A stretch of 63,718 bases of DNA, filler included, from Collodictyon triciliatum (taxonomy: Eukaryota), in NCBI GenBank assembly GCA_043381765.1. It is 4 parts of 4 records of this genome, joined end to end, with 100 filler letters (N's around TTAATTAATTAA, not from the genome) between each part and the next. Parts side by side here need not be neighbours in the genome. Positions count along the whole stretch, not along the records: positions 1 to 22,728 come from JBHJMP010001275.1; positions 22,829 to 42,675 come from JBHJMP010001278.1; 2 more parts are not named here. One strand, written 5' to 3'. Made by a program: the position numbers and the translations under genes. Shown here one piece after another: positions 11,701 to 41,960 of this stretch; position 1 is the stretch's first letter, and every line of letters starts with the position of its first letter. The notes beneath the pieces are model-generated. The model did no database searches and was not told the DNA's origin. It saw only the letters and a list, made by a program, of their open reading frames with translations.

Positions 11701-14439
11701 CAAACTGCATTCCATGTGATATTGCAAACCCATTCGGCGACTTGCTCACACCACGTTTCCTTCGCTTTGTTGTCCAGCGTGATTTGCCAATCACGAGCTT
11801 CAGATAATGAGACCATCGCCTCCTCATACGCTGGTAGATTATGGTGGTGAATAGCATGGATATTTGTCTAGTTGTAAGAAATCGCTTCGAACCTTCTCCG
11901 ATGATATCAAAGATGCTTTTGGAATGCTCCACCATTCCTCCTTTAACCCACCCCCACCCGATTCCGATGGTGACTGTAGCCTTTCGTGTCGAGTATTGAG
12001 CAAATTGTGAGGTGGCATTCCAGAGAGAAATCATTTTGAAACTTTTGAGAGTATGCAGGCAGCAACAAGGTACACTCACATGGACTTTTTGTTCTTTTTG
12101 GCAGCTCTCCATCATGTTTTTTGCAACTTCGATGAGATTGACAACACTCTCACCAAAAAGACCAGTCACAAACTAGAATTATTGTGAGCTTGGTGAGCGT
12201 GGTTCTGCATGAGAAGATACGAACACATGAAGTCAAACAATTTTGACTTTCTTGTTATTTTCATTTTCATTTTCTTTTTGATTTTTAATTTTAATTTTAA
12301 TTTTAATTTTCATTTTTGATTGATTGATTGATTGATTGATTCATTAATTGATTGATTCATTGACTGATTGATTGATTTATACAAATGCTCACAGTGATGC
12401 AAAGTCCTATGAAAAAGAGGAAAAAGTGAGTGGCGCACATGTTTTAATCATAAATCAGGTGGAAATGATGATATCAATATTTATTCTTTTTGATACCTGT
12501 AGAATTGACCTTGTGGATTCCGTAGCTAAGATGTTGAATACTTTAATATCGACTTGATGAGGAAAATGGAAGGAAAATGGACGAAAAAGTTGAAAAAAAG
12601 AGGAAGGAAAGAACCTGTTTGCAACGTGAAGTATGGTTCTAGTTTGCACATATAAACATTAGTTCTACAAGCTGCTTCAATAAATCAATAGAATACTTGA
12701 TTTAGATTTTGCAACTCTTTAATTATAAATATCCTCACCCGTAGAGTTTTTCGATGTCCTTGACAACTGTTTTGAAGTTATGAGGTGTCAATTCCTGTGC
12801 ACTTATCAAAACACATATGACAGAGCATTCTTGGCATTGATAGGAAGGTGTTGCCATGGAGTCTTGGGTGATTGCGTTTACAATAGGTCTTTTCAAAATA
12901 AAAAGATTAAGCGCTGTAAAATAGAAATCAAACTATCTTGTATCTCTGACGATATGCTCGATTGCTGGTATATATTTGGAATGACCAACCTTGGATAGAG
13001 ATTGTGGAGAAGGAACTTTGTGCGGTTCCTGGTCTCGGCCACTTGTGCTTTTATCCATTTCAATTTTTGGATTGCGTAGAAGGAGCTAGAGTTTCGTGGA
13101 CAATTCAAGGGAGGGGATATACAAAATCTGAATCTAATAATGTCCAGTGTAAAGAAAAGATTCTGGTAAGAATGGATGGGATGACGAGCGTACTGCTTTC
13201 TTTGGGTCTCTGTGATTCTCAGCAATGCGACGCTTATGACGGATGTGATGAGAAGTGGGGCTATGCATCGAAACAGAATCGAGAAACTTCCTTGTGTTGA
13301 TATCAATAACAAAATAGTCGGCAAAAAGTTTGTGTATACAGTCATTCCGATTTGCGCTGGGTAATCCCCAGGTATTACGATGGTCATTCCCTGTAATTTT
13401 TGGGTATAAAAGAACCGATTGTTTTATCAAAATAATATATAGTTAGATAAATTCTATCTATTTATTTGTTTGTTGATCGATTCTTAATGTTGCTGTTTAG
13501 CCCCATCGATACATACCATTATGAGAAGCTGAGATACACCTAGCGCCCAATTTTCGTCCAAGAAAGTGATAAACGAGAAAATGGTACTGCAGTAGAAAAA
13601 TATGGCTCCATGGTAAAAGAAGTAAAGCCTGTATATATTAGATATTAAAAAAAGGTGAAAAGATATTGTTCACACAGTTTTTTTAAAAATTTTTTGTTTT
13701 ACATCAAGCTTTGCGTATTTTACTATTTAATTTAAGCGAGATGTTACTTTGAGCAACGCGCACTTTTTGTTTCTTTATGGATATTCCACTTGACATACAG
13801 TAGAATGTACAGACAGCCTCCTGACACTGCCATAGAGCCAATCGATATGAAAATGCCGTCCCATGACAGTATTATCCTGCGAAAATATGTTAAAAAGGAC
13901 TCATTAGAAGGTAAGTAGTATATGGAACTCCAATCAAATGGAAAATAAAGTTCAACTGAATTGTAATCATTTGATGCGAAAAAACAATGCCCATACGCTC
14001 CAACAACCAGCATCCCGTTGAACAGAAAGCCAAGCACTGATATCAATGTGCACAAGAATAAAGCTTTCTTGGCGGTGTGTATTCGATAATCTCGGTCTAA
14101 TCTCTGGTCCTCAAACGCAAGGGTTTTGTTGTCTATCCGGTCTGAGGGGAAACAGTCTCGTTGCGAGTCGCTTGTCCGGTACTCCCGGAAAACAGTGGGC
14201 AGCTTGGACGAGAGAGACGAGATGTTTGAATCCGCCGAGTTCTTGCGTCTTTTTTCGGGTTCTATCTTGCCTGCAGGGCTATGCTTTACCTCACGGACCT
14301 TCAATTGAAGAAAGGTGCCTTCCCTTGCGGTCGTTGCATACTTTGTTGAGAGATGCGAGGAAACGGAAGACGCGATGCTCTGGGAGCGCATTTTATTCGT
14401 GGTGCTCGCTCGACCTATTCTCTGTTGAGGCGCCAACAT
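8772..14439 (-). CDS. Transmembrane class III nucleotidyl cyclase-like protein (TM-C1-TM-C2), catalytic motifs degenerate
   Basis: ORF start MLAPQQ at 14439; TM exons 13744-14060 and 12990-13390; LLHNLYP linker; C1 FVTGLF..VTIGIGWGWVKGGMV..FDIIGE; second TM exon 10548-11033; C2 AGICIDKGNLVYGLIG|NHEFMYDCFGDA|VCTTLAVSRRVRSGIIH|ATEA; TAG at 8772. Confidence 0.8.
9241..9289 (+). mobile_element. Micro-insertion TCGAATAAAGG(A)7 between 15-bp direct repeats
   Basis: TCATATTCGATTCAT (9241-9255) / TCGAATAAAGGAAAAAAAT / TCATATTTGATTCAT (9275-9289), one mismatch between the repeats; in a cyclase intron. Confidence 0.65.
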
Positions 14440-15719
14440 GCTCAGTGAATTTGTATTTTATTGCACATAAAGGAAGAACATAAAGAAATAAAGAAGCAAA
14501 TTCAAAAAAGAGAGGAAAAAGACAAATAAAATATATATATTGAACGAGGTTCATCTTTTAGCTATTTGAGCAGCATGAGGATATGCTTGTCAATAAAATG
14601 GATAGTTCAGTGGCTCTTTTTTTTTTTCTCTTATTCACCGAGAGAGAGAGGCGCGCGATGCGGCTCCAAACGCCTGGGTTAGTGCGCACTGTACGAGACT
14701 ATGAAGCTTTTTTTCTCTCTCTCTCTCTTTTTTTTTTTTTTTTGACTCTTAATCAAGTTTGGGATGTGTCAACGGTTAGCGAAGATAAGGCAATATGTAC
14801 GGTACTTCGTACATGTCATCCTTTGCGGGCGTGGTGTGTGGACAAGCCTCACGGGTAGCCGCAAGATGTTTCCGCAAAAGTGAGGCTTTGGAGGCTTCGA
14901 TGGAATGCTCCCCACATGAAAAGGCCTCGGCTTGGTGATTTTGGATTTCACGAAGGCAATAGCATGAACCATTTCAGACAACATCGGGCGCATTTGTCTT
15001 TGTCATTGAAATAATTCACTAGAGAAAACGCATCTGCGAAATGGGTGCTGGTGTTGCATCTATGGCCCTTGTGCCCGTTCGAACTCAGCGAAGCTTTTCT
15101 CGCCCCGCAAATAGGGTGTGGCCATCGCTATTTTCGTGTACGAGGTTTCTCAGTCACGTAGCGTAGAGGGCGAGTCTTTCTAACCCAACACTTTGACTTC
15201 ATGCGACCTGTATATTCGTTTCACAAGCCTGTTGCGACCACCACAACCCGCTAAAGTCTTGACATATGTATTCGTTGGGCATGATTGCTCGGCCAAGTGC
15301 AATTTCGTTTCATAAGAAATCTTTTATGTTGACTGCAAGAAATAGAATTGGATGGTAAAATGCATGGAAAGAAGACTAACATATATTGACGTTCTGGTTG
15401 GTACATTTGCCGACTTAGCGAGATACAAAACTCTGGATGAAAACAGAGAAAACGAAAAGTATGAACTTGGGTGATGGTTTTAAACAATTCAGCAAGCATG
15501 AGTATATGTATTGCAAACGGATGCCAGCAATTTATGAAGGAAACAAATTGTTTGGGATATTTTCCGTACATTTAGAATCCATTCAGAGTAAATGTCATTC
15601 TCTCCGTAATATTGATTTGCAGAGCAGCCATTATATTAAGAGTCTGACCATTTTGCGAACACAAACGTAAAAATATACTAACAAAATCCAAAAAATAAAT
15701 AAATAAATTATAATAAACC

Positions 15720-20398
<4,679 letters not shown>

Positions 20399-21585
20399 CG
20401 CAGTTGGCAGACTATTGAAGGGCGGGCTACTTGGCAGATCCTGACTTCTATTCCCCAGAGCGTAAAAGAAACAAATCGCAACGAAAAAGAAAAAAAAAAA
20501 GACTAGTAAATAAAAAGCGTCACTGCACTCGCTTACTGCGGGATGGAAAGCCCTTTAGGACGAAGTTTAGGGTTATGCGAGAATTCCCTCGAATAGAAAA
20601 AAAGGAGCTATCAGTGGAGAACTGGACTTTACGCGAGAGGATTCTGGCTAAAGTTCAATCCGTGCCCACATCATTCAGCGACGCAGTTTTTGTGGTATTA
20701 GTATCTATTTATTTTTGTCTTTTGTTTTTTGCCCGAGACAAGATGAGTTGATTTAAGGAAAGCTCACAATTAGAAAAACATCCACCCTTCAAATAAGAGG
20801 ATTATCCGGGCTGCATCTTTTGTGCAGAACAGAGGCAACGATTCTGTAGATGATAAACACAATCTGTGAGCGTGTCAACATCGCCTCCATATCCGGTTCT
20901 TTGTGTCATTACACAGCTTTCTTCTCTTTCATCTTTTTTCTTTCGATATTCGAATAAACAGCACCAATATGTTCTCATTATTTTCTTAGCTAGTGGAATA
21001 AAACAACGTGGGTTATCCATCCGGCGTTACATGACAAGCTTGGGAAACAGACCGTTACATGCCAAGACCAGTTACCGACCCAACGAATGATATTCATATG
21101 CTTTTCCTTGAGCGAAACTTGAAAAACTGAGACGTGCGACTTGGATTGCCAGTGGGATTTTTTTTCAGACGCCATTCAGTTCTAACATGAAGTGCATTTG
21201 CCAGATTGTATGACATGCCCCTCTGTGCTATGACCCAAACAAACTTACGAATCATAGGATTTCATATCAATCTATGCCCGGTTTTACACGTATAATGGTG
21301 ACAGAACTTAAAAGATGCATAAAAGAGCGCCAATCAGATTGAATACCAAAGCAAGGCTCGTACAGGCTGAGTCCATACCGGGGATATCGGCTCGAATGAA
21401 CTCCCAGTCAAGATTTGCAAACATTATGTTTTCTTGTGTATCCTTTTCCTTTCCCTTTCGCCAGCAGTCAACTCGCAAATCTTCAAGTGTGGCTGGCCCA
21501 TGTCTGGCTTGTCGAATATCTGAACACTAGACTTTGATAATCGATTAAGTGGCATGTATTTGCCTTATTTTATTTTCCTTTTTAT

Positions 21586-21745
21586 CTCATAAATGAGCTT
21601 TATCTACTGACTAGAAGGGGTATACCATCTTTTAATTGGCAAACCTGGTGCGCTAGTATCCAAGGTCTCGCCACTTTTTTCACAAAGGTCGTGTAGTGGT
21701 GAAGGCTGCCAGGTAAGACCCGACAGCCTGTTTTTTAGAGGAAGG
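21586..21745 (-). ncRNA. Candidate Fanzor omegaRNA scaffold / element 3' end
   Basis: Lies directly downstream of the Fanzor stop. Consecutive stem-loops on the minus strand: AGGCTGTCGGGT-CTT-ACCTGGCAGCCT (21729-21703, 12 bp including two G-U), TCACCACT..AGTGGCGA with inner CACGA/TTGTG (21702-21668), GACCTTGG..CCAGGTT (21667-21642). Boundaries inferred. Confidence 0.6.
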
Positions 21746-21753
21746 TGTATGCA

Positions 21754-22728
21754 TTATTGAAGAATTAAAAGACCTTTCTTGAGTATATCATTAGCGCTGT
21801 TAAAGTTCCTTATCAAGAATACACTTTGTTTGCTTTTTGAGCGATTGCATTATATACATATGAGACATCTATACACTTTTTTTTTGAATTTCCTATCAGT
21901 TTCATATATTCCAGTTCTTTTTCGCAGTTACAACACATCTTGGAGGTTCTAAATTCATTTTCACTAAATGGTTCAAAACGTTTGGATACTATTTTTCGTA
22001 ATCCTCTTCCGATTGTTGCCATAAAATGGTTCATCTGACATTTTCTACTCCTGTCTCCATACGCCAGTACAACATCCTTGCCAAAATGTCTTTTCGATCC
22101 GGTCCATAAAGAACTGTTCACTTCTTTTTGTGTTAACATACTGTCTCCATATCATCTTTCGAAAAGTTACGTGTTCATAAAATCTGGGTAGGTCTATCTG
22201 GTATCTTGATTTCATATATATATATTTTCGAAAACTTTAATCAACCGTGCATGAATTATGTTTACTCAGTTCTGTCTCTAAATCGATTAAAGATGCTCTT
22301 GATGTCTCAAACTGCCGATTCTCTTCAAAAGTCATGTGACTATAAGAAACAGCACTTTGTAGATCTGTTGCCATGTATATCCCTGAAAAATTGTATTTTC
22401 TTTTTTTTTTCTTGCGCAAGAGTATTTTGTGATTTTTAAGAGATTTGCTATCATGTCTTCTTCGGTGTGCCGTGTAACGTAATTGCTTACCTGTCTCGTC
22501 CACCATGTAAACCATATTAAACTTGCCTGCGTCCACTCAAACTATTTTTTTTTTGTCTCTGATAAAGATAACTGCTCTTCGGAAAGCTCATATAAATAAA
22601 CATGTTCTTGGGGGGTTTTTTTTGGTTATATTTGAATTTTGAATTTGAAATACCTTTCTTTTCAAACAATAATGACACCACCTAGCCGTCTGTTTGTATC
22701 ATGTATTTGAAAGTGTAGTCTCTTTGAT
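21754..22728 (-). pseudogene. Fanzor (eukaryotic TnpB-like RNA-guided endonuclease), C-terminal half, disrupted; 5' part lost at contig end
   Basis: Translation across stops and frameshifts: YTFKYMIQTDG*VVSLLF; KIV*VDAGKFNMVYM (RuvC-I); LETELSKHNSCTVD; FYEHVTFRKMIWRQY..RSEQFFMDRIEKTF/GKDVVLAYGDRS; GRGLRK; NEFRTSKMCCNC (RuvC-II Glu plus Zn finger); RCLICI*C; RNFNSANDIL (RuvC-III). No introns. Confidence 0.9.
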
Positions 22729-22828
22729 NNNNNNNNNNNNNNNNNNNNNNNNNNNNNNNNNNNNNNNNNNNNTTAATTAATTAANNNNNNNNNNNNNNNN
22801 NNNNNNNNNNNNNNNNNNNNNNNNNNNN
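22729..22828. other. Artificial contig linker N44-TTAATTAATTAA-N44
   Basis: 12-mer with stops in all six frames centred in N; identical construct occurs three times. Confidence 0.95.
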
Positions 22829-22830
22829 AT

Positions 22831-23568
22831 TCACAGACAGAGGCGCTCACGGACTGTATCCTGCGTTTCGGTGCCACAACAGAGTGGTTTACCTTTGTCG
22901 ATGTTGACGAATTTGTTGTCCCAGCGGCTCCTTATCCCTCCATTCACCACATCCTAACCCACACGCCTCTATCAAATTCCTCATACATTCATGTAAAGTG
23001 GATTACATTCGGGCCCTGCACGCATCCACGCGAAAAGAAACCATTTGACTCATCCAGCACCATACAAACGTTAAATTCAAACAACACGTTGCCCATGACT
23101 CCATCGCCATCACCGATATACTCGCCTCCTCTCCATAGCCAACAGTTGCTTTTGTCAAATCGCACACTGGCCATGGAAATATGCCACTCAAAAACAAAGG
23201 TCGGCTCCGAACTTCCCAAAGCCATCTTTCGGGCACGTGGTGCGGTAAGCATTCACGGCTACGGGCCTCATCATGTTCGGTTGGTTAACGACCTGGGCTC
23301 CTCAAACAGAACAAACGGTGTACCTGGTGATGAGTACATGCGAGTGTATCATTACCGATACAAGACTTGGAATGACTTCTTCTCACGGCGCTTGGGCCCC
23401 ATCGCCGGGCTCTCTTCCAAGTGGACAGAGTTGTCCCTTCGTGGCTCGTGGAACAGAGGTCTCAGAAATAGAAAACCGTTCCCAAAAGAAAAAAACACCA
23501 TCCTTCGATTCATCCCGAAACTTCGACAGCGGCTAAATCTAACAGAGTCTATCCTTGGGTTCAGGTGA
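22831..23568 (+). CDS. Glycosyltransferase family 92 / DUF23-like (GT-A fold), 5' truncated by gap
   Basis: Uninterrupted frame QTEALTDCILRFGATTEWFTFVDVDEFVVP..VKWITFG..PKAIFR..PHHV..VYHYRYKTW; DxD motif in DVDEF; TGA at 23568. Confidence 0.75.
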   Translation, partial: SQTEALTDCILRFGATTEWFTFVDVDEFVVPAAPYPSIHHILTHTPLSNSSYIHVKWITFGPCTHPREKKPFDSSSTIQTLNSNNTLPMTPSPSPIYSPPLHSQQLLLSNRTLAMEICHSKTKVGSELPKAIFRARGAVSIHGYGPHHVRLVNDLGSSNRTNGVPGDEYMRVYHYRYKTWNDFFSRRLGPIAGLSSKWTELSLRGSWNRGLRNRKPFPKEKNTILRFIPKLRQRLNLTESILGFR

Positions 23569-24278
23569 ACGAAGTTTACCCACAAGCCTGTCTGCTCAAT
23601 TTCCAGTCTTTTTTTAAATCCTCCTTTCGATTTTTTTTTTTTTTTAAAAAAGAAATTACAAAGCTTTTGTAATTGACTTTGCTTTTTTTATTTCAATTTG
23701 TTTCGTCCTTCCTTATTTTCCTCTACGCTTTCCCAACCATATTTCCATTCCTCTTGCGCTTTCCTCTGCTCCTCCAGTCTTGTGAGAGAGTACTTGGAAA
23801 TCCATTTGTTGCTCCTCTTTCTCTGCGCAGCGCCAGCCACGCCCGGAGCCTTTGCAAGTGCAAGGATTCTCATTCTCATTCTCATTCTGATTCTGATTCT
23901 CATTCTCAACACTCTAAACTATACATCCTCCTTTTATCTCTCGATAGAGTATGGCATACTCGAAGCGAAAGTCCCTCAAATAAAAGCATCCAATATTTTA
24001 CACATGGCAACTCTGATAGAATTTCAAACAGCGTAACCTTATAATAGAATTATTTTTCTTTTAAAAAAACAAAACAACATGGAAAGCGAAAAAAAAAAAC
24101 GAGGGAAAAATTGAAGAATACAAAAGATGTCTAATAAGCAAATGGTGCCCTGAGTAGAAAATGACAATTGTAACTATTAATTGCTTCGTTGTTTTAATTT
24201 ATTTCAAATGACAGATAGTTCAAGGCGAAACAAAAACAAAAAGAAAAAATCATTAGAGAAGACGGTCAGCGTGTCAAA

Positions 24279-30045
<5,767 letters not shown>

Positions 30046-31039
30046 AAAAAAAACCAGCAGAAAATACAAGGAAGTGCTCTCTGGCGCAGTTATCTATTAA
30101 ATACAAATGAGTAACAAAAGAAGCATTCTGGAAAGCTTGCGTGCTGGCCCGATCGTGAGTCTGCTACGCAGCCCACCACGCCTTACTTTCATAATACATG
30201 TTTTGAGCTGAGGCATCGAAGCGAAAGAAAAAGGAACTGAACCGAAAATGGTGCTGTTATGTTCCATTTAAATGTGTCCGTAAAAAATATATGGTAATAT
30301 TAATGCAATTGTGGATTTTATATAGTTTTCTATTAGGAACCTATGGAATGGAATAATTCAGACAATCAATCAAGATATTATAATCACTTTACTTCATATT
30401 ATAATATCAGAGTTCTACAATTTCCAAGCACCACTGCATAAGGGCGTTCGCAACTCTACCGCCATTTGGCTGCTTTCCTGGGCTTTTCTTTTCCGCTGTT
30501 TCACTCCGACTGTCTTCATCGTCCCTTGGTCTTTGCATATGGTTAATTATATGGAATGTCGGTGTTATTCGCGAATCTATGCGTATCAAAAAAACAAAAA
30601 AGTATGTTATCCCTCTGTAACTGGCTCATTCAAAAGACCGCCAATCCGGCCGGGTAAACCCTCCTTAAGAAACTCGCACATCACCCTCTCCAACCCCGCT
30701 CAAATATCAGGGAATGCTTGTGGGGGAACGCGCTAATCTGTCGGGAACGCTGATTCAAAACAACGTTGCGAAAAGGAAGACGACGAATTAACAATCGTAG
30801 GGTTTGCCAGATTGCATTTTCTCTCATATACAGAGAACTTTGTTTTATTTTTTGGCAGGAAGTAAAAATTGCGTGAATAGTCCATGATATGATGCGATAT
30901 TAGAAAGTGATGGAGAGATGAATGGTGGGGTGAGTAAAGGAGGAGGTTCTTGTCAAATAGACAGCACAGGCATCGTGGGTTGGAGTTTCATCGTTTCAAA
31001 CAGTTTGCATTGTCTGGTGCGTGCCGTCTCGGTTATTCA

Positions 31040-34905
<3,866 letters not shown>

Positions 34906-36399
34906 TTTCGAGCAAGATAAAAAAAATATTAGGGGATCGGGTCTTCATCACAAGAACAATGGTTGGTACAGCCTTTTAGAATAGGCCTGGGCAGTTATGC
35001 GTCAGAGATTGATACCGAGGCTGAAATGTCACTGACAAAGAAAAGAAAAAATACTTTTAAAAAAGGAGTCAGACAAAAAAAAGCAGAGTTAAGGAACAAT
35101 GTGAGTTCACAGAAACTTCAGGTTTTTTTTATTCGGGCTCTCTGTGCGAACCAAAACAATGACACGATTCATTTCTATTCCACCTCCAATACTATTTCAA
35201 TAGGCGAGATAAGAAAGAAAAAGAAAAAGAAAAAGAAAAAGAAAAAAATGCTGGGCCGATCGTTTCCACCCGGAGATACAAGTCCCCAGGCGTCTTTGCC
35301 TTTTTCTCGCCAAGGCGACGAGCGATCGCAGAGATGAGAAGCGCCCAAACCCACTCGTCCCAGAACCTCACGCATCAGACTGATCTTTTGGCAACAGGCA
35401 AACAACAAACAACCATCCGGCTGAGATTTGTAGTGATGCGCCAAAAGGATGGACGAAATGGCTGCGCTTGCAGAATAGAACTTGTCTTCAATCTCGGCAA
35501 TTCAATGAATCGGCCTGCATATGTATCAACAAGTCGTTGGAACATCTCCAGAATTGGAATTGTAAAACATATCCGTTTTTGTATAATCCAAGAAAAAAGG
35601 GAAGGTCTGTGCAACGGGATTCTCGGTTGGGATGCGGTGTTGTTAGCACCCAGATTGCGGATTCGAAAAATACATTCAATGGTTCGTGACAAAATAGGTG
35701 TTTTTCTTAAGGACATTTTGTGTCCATAGCAAACCGCCAATGCATACCCACAAGACACAGATTACTCCACATATGATATTTTTCATTGTATCATTTGATT
35801 CAGGACGAGCTGTCTTTTTTGAGTCATATTTCTTTGAAAGGTTGCAACACGATTCTGATCAAACCAAACCCATCAAATGCTCCTGTGATCAAAAGCTGCT
35901 CCACGATTCGCACGAAGGCGCTTGCCAGAAAAACCCGAGTCGGAAGAAGAGAAGCGTTCTGTGATTCATGACACTGATTCGCAAGCAACATAACACCAGC
36001 GCGAAGAGGGAAAGGCTACTCAGCGAAGCCTGATAGTATTCAAGCTCAGAATGTAAAGAAGACTCGGTCGTGACTAGCCTCGTTTGTCTGATCGCAGATT
36101 CAACCTTGTTTCCGATCATTTTCATACCTTTATTCATGTATTTATTCTGCCTGGGGTGGAGGTCCGCTTTCACTTCATGAAGTCTCTTCTGTACCTTTTT
36201 TTTCTTTATGTTGAGAAAGTGTTCTTGCCTTCTGTAATACTTTATGTGTGTGCGTTTTTTTTTTTTTTGTGACTCTCGTTTCGCGTTCAAAAGGGAGCTG
36301 CTGTATACTGACCTGTGTGAATATTCTTTTTTTTTTTTGTTTGTTTGATCGAAAAAGGGACTCCCACTCGCAAAGGAATTGAAAGGCAAGGCAAGGTCC

Positions 36400-41960
<5,561 letters not shown>

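Noticed and set aside
15176-15192. CTAACCCAAC as telomerase RNA template
   Set aside because: Not a 1.5-repeat TTAGGG template (would be CTAACCCTA), and it lies downstream rather than upstream of the putative pseudoknot.
20760-21540. Possible transposase or cargo next to the Fanzor 3' end
   Set aside because: No sustained ORF or recognisable motif in the frames examined.
21754-22728. Stop-codon reassignment to explain in-frame stops in the Fanzor
   Set aside because: TAG, TGA and TAA all occur along with frameshifts, and host genes terminate normally with all three stops and have none internally.
22773-22784. TTAATTAATTAA palindrome inside N runs (also 42720, 62607) as a biological motif or transposon end
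   Set aside because: Identical 100-bp construct with six-frame stops each time; an assembly linker. It also invalidates any Fanzor-GT92 neighbourhood claim.
30645-30705. SRP RNA-like words (GAGCGGGG, TAAGGAGGG..CCGGCC) on the minus strand
   Set aside because: The conserved helix-8 motif (AGG..GNRA..AGCAG) and Alu domain are absent.
35334-36380. Several 60-220 aa ORFs between PP2A B56 and SEC23
   Set aside because: No recognisable motifs, overlapping in conflicting frames; most likely UTR or promoter sequence.
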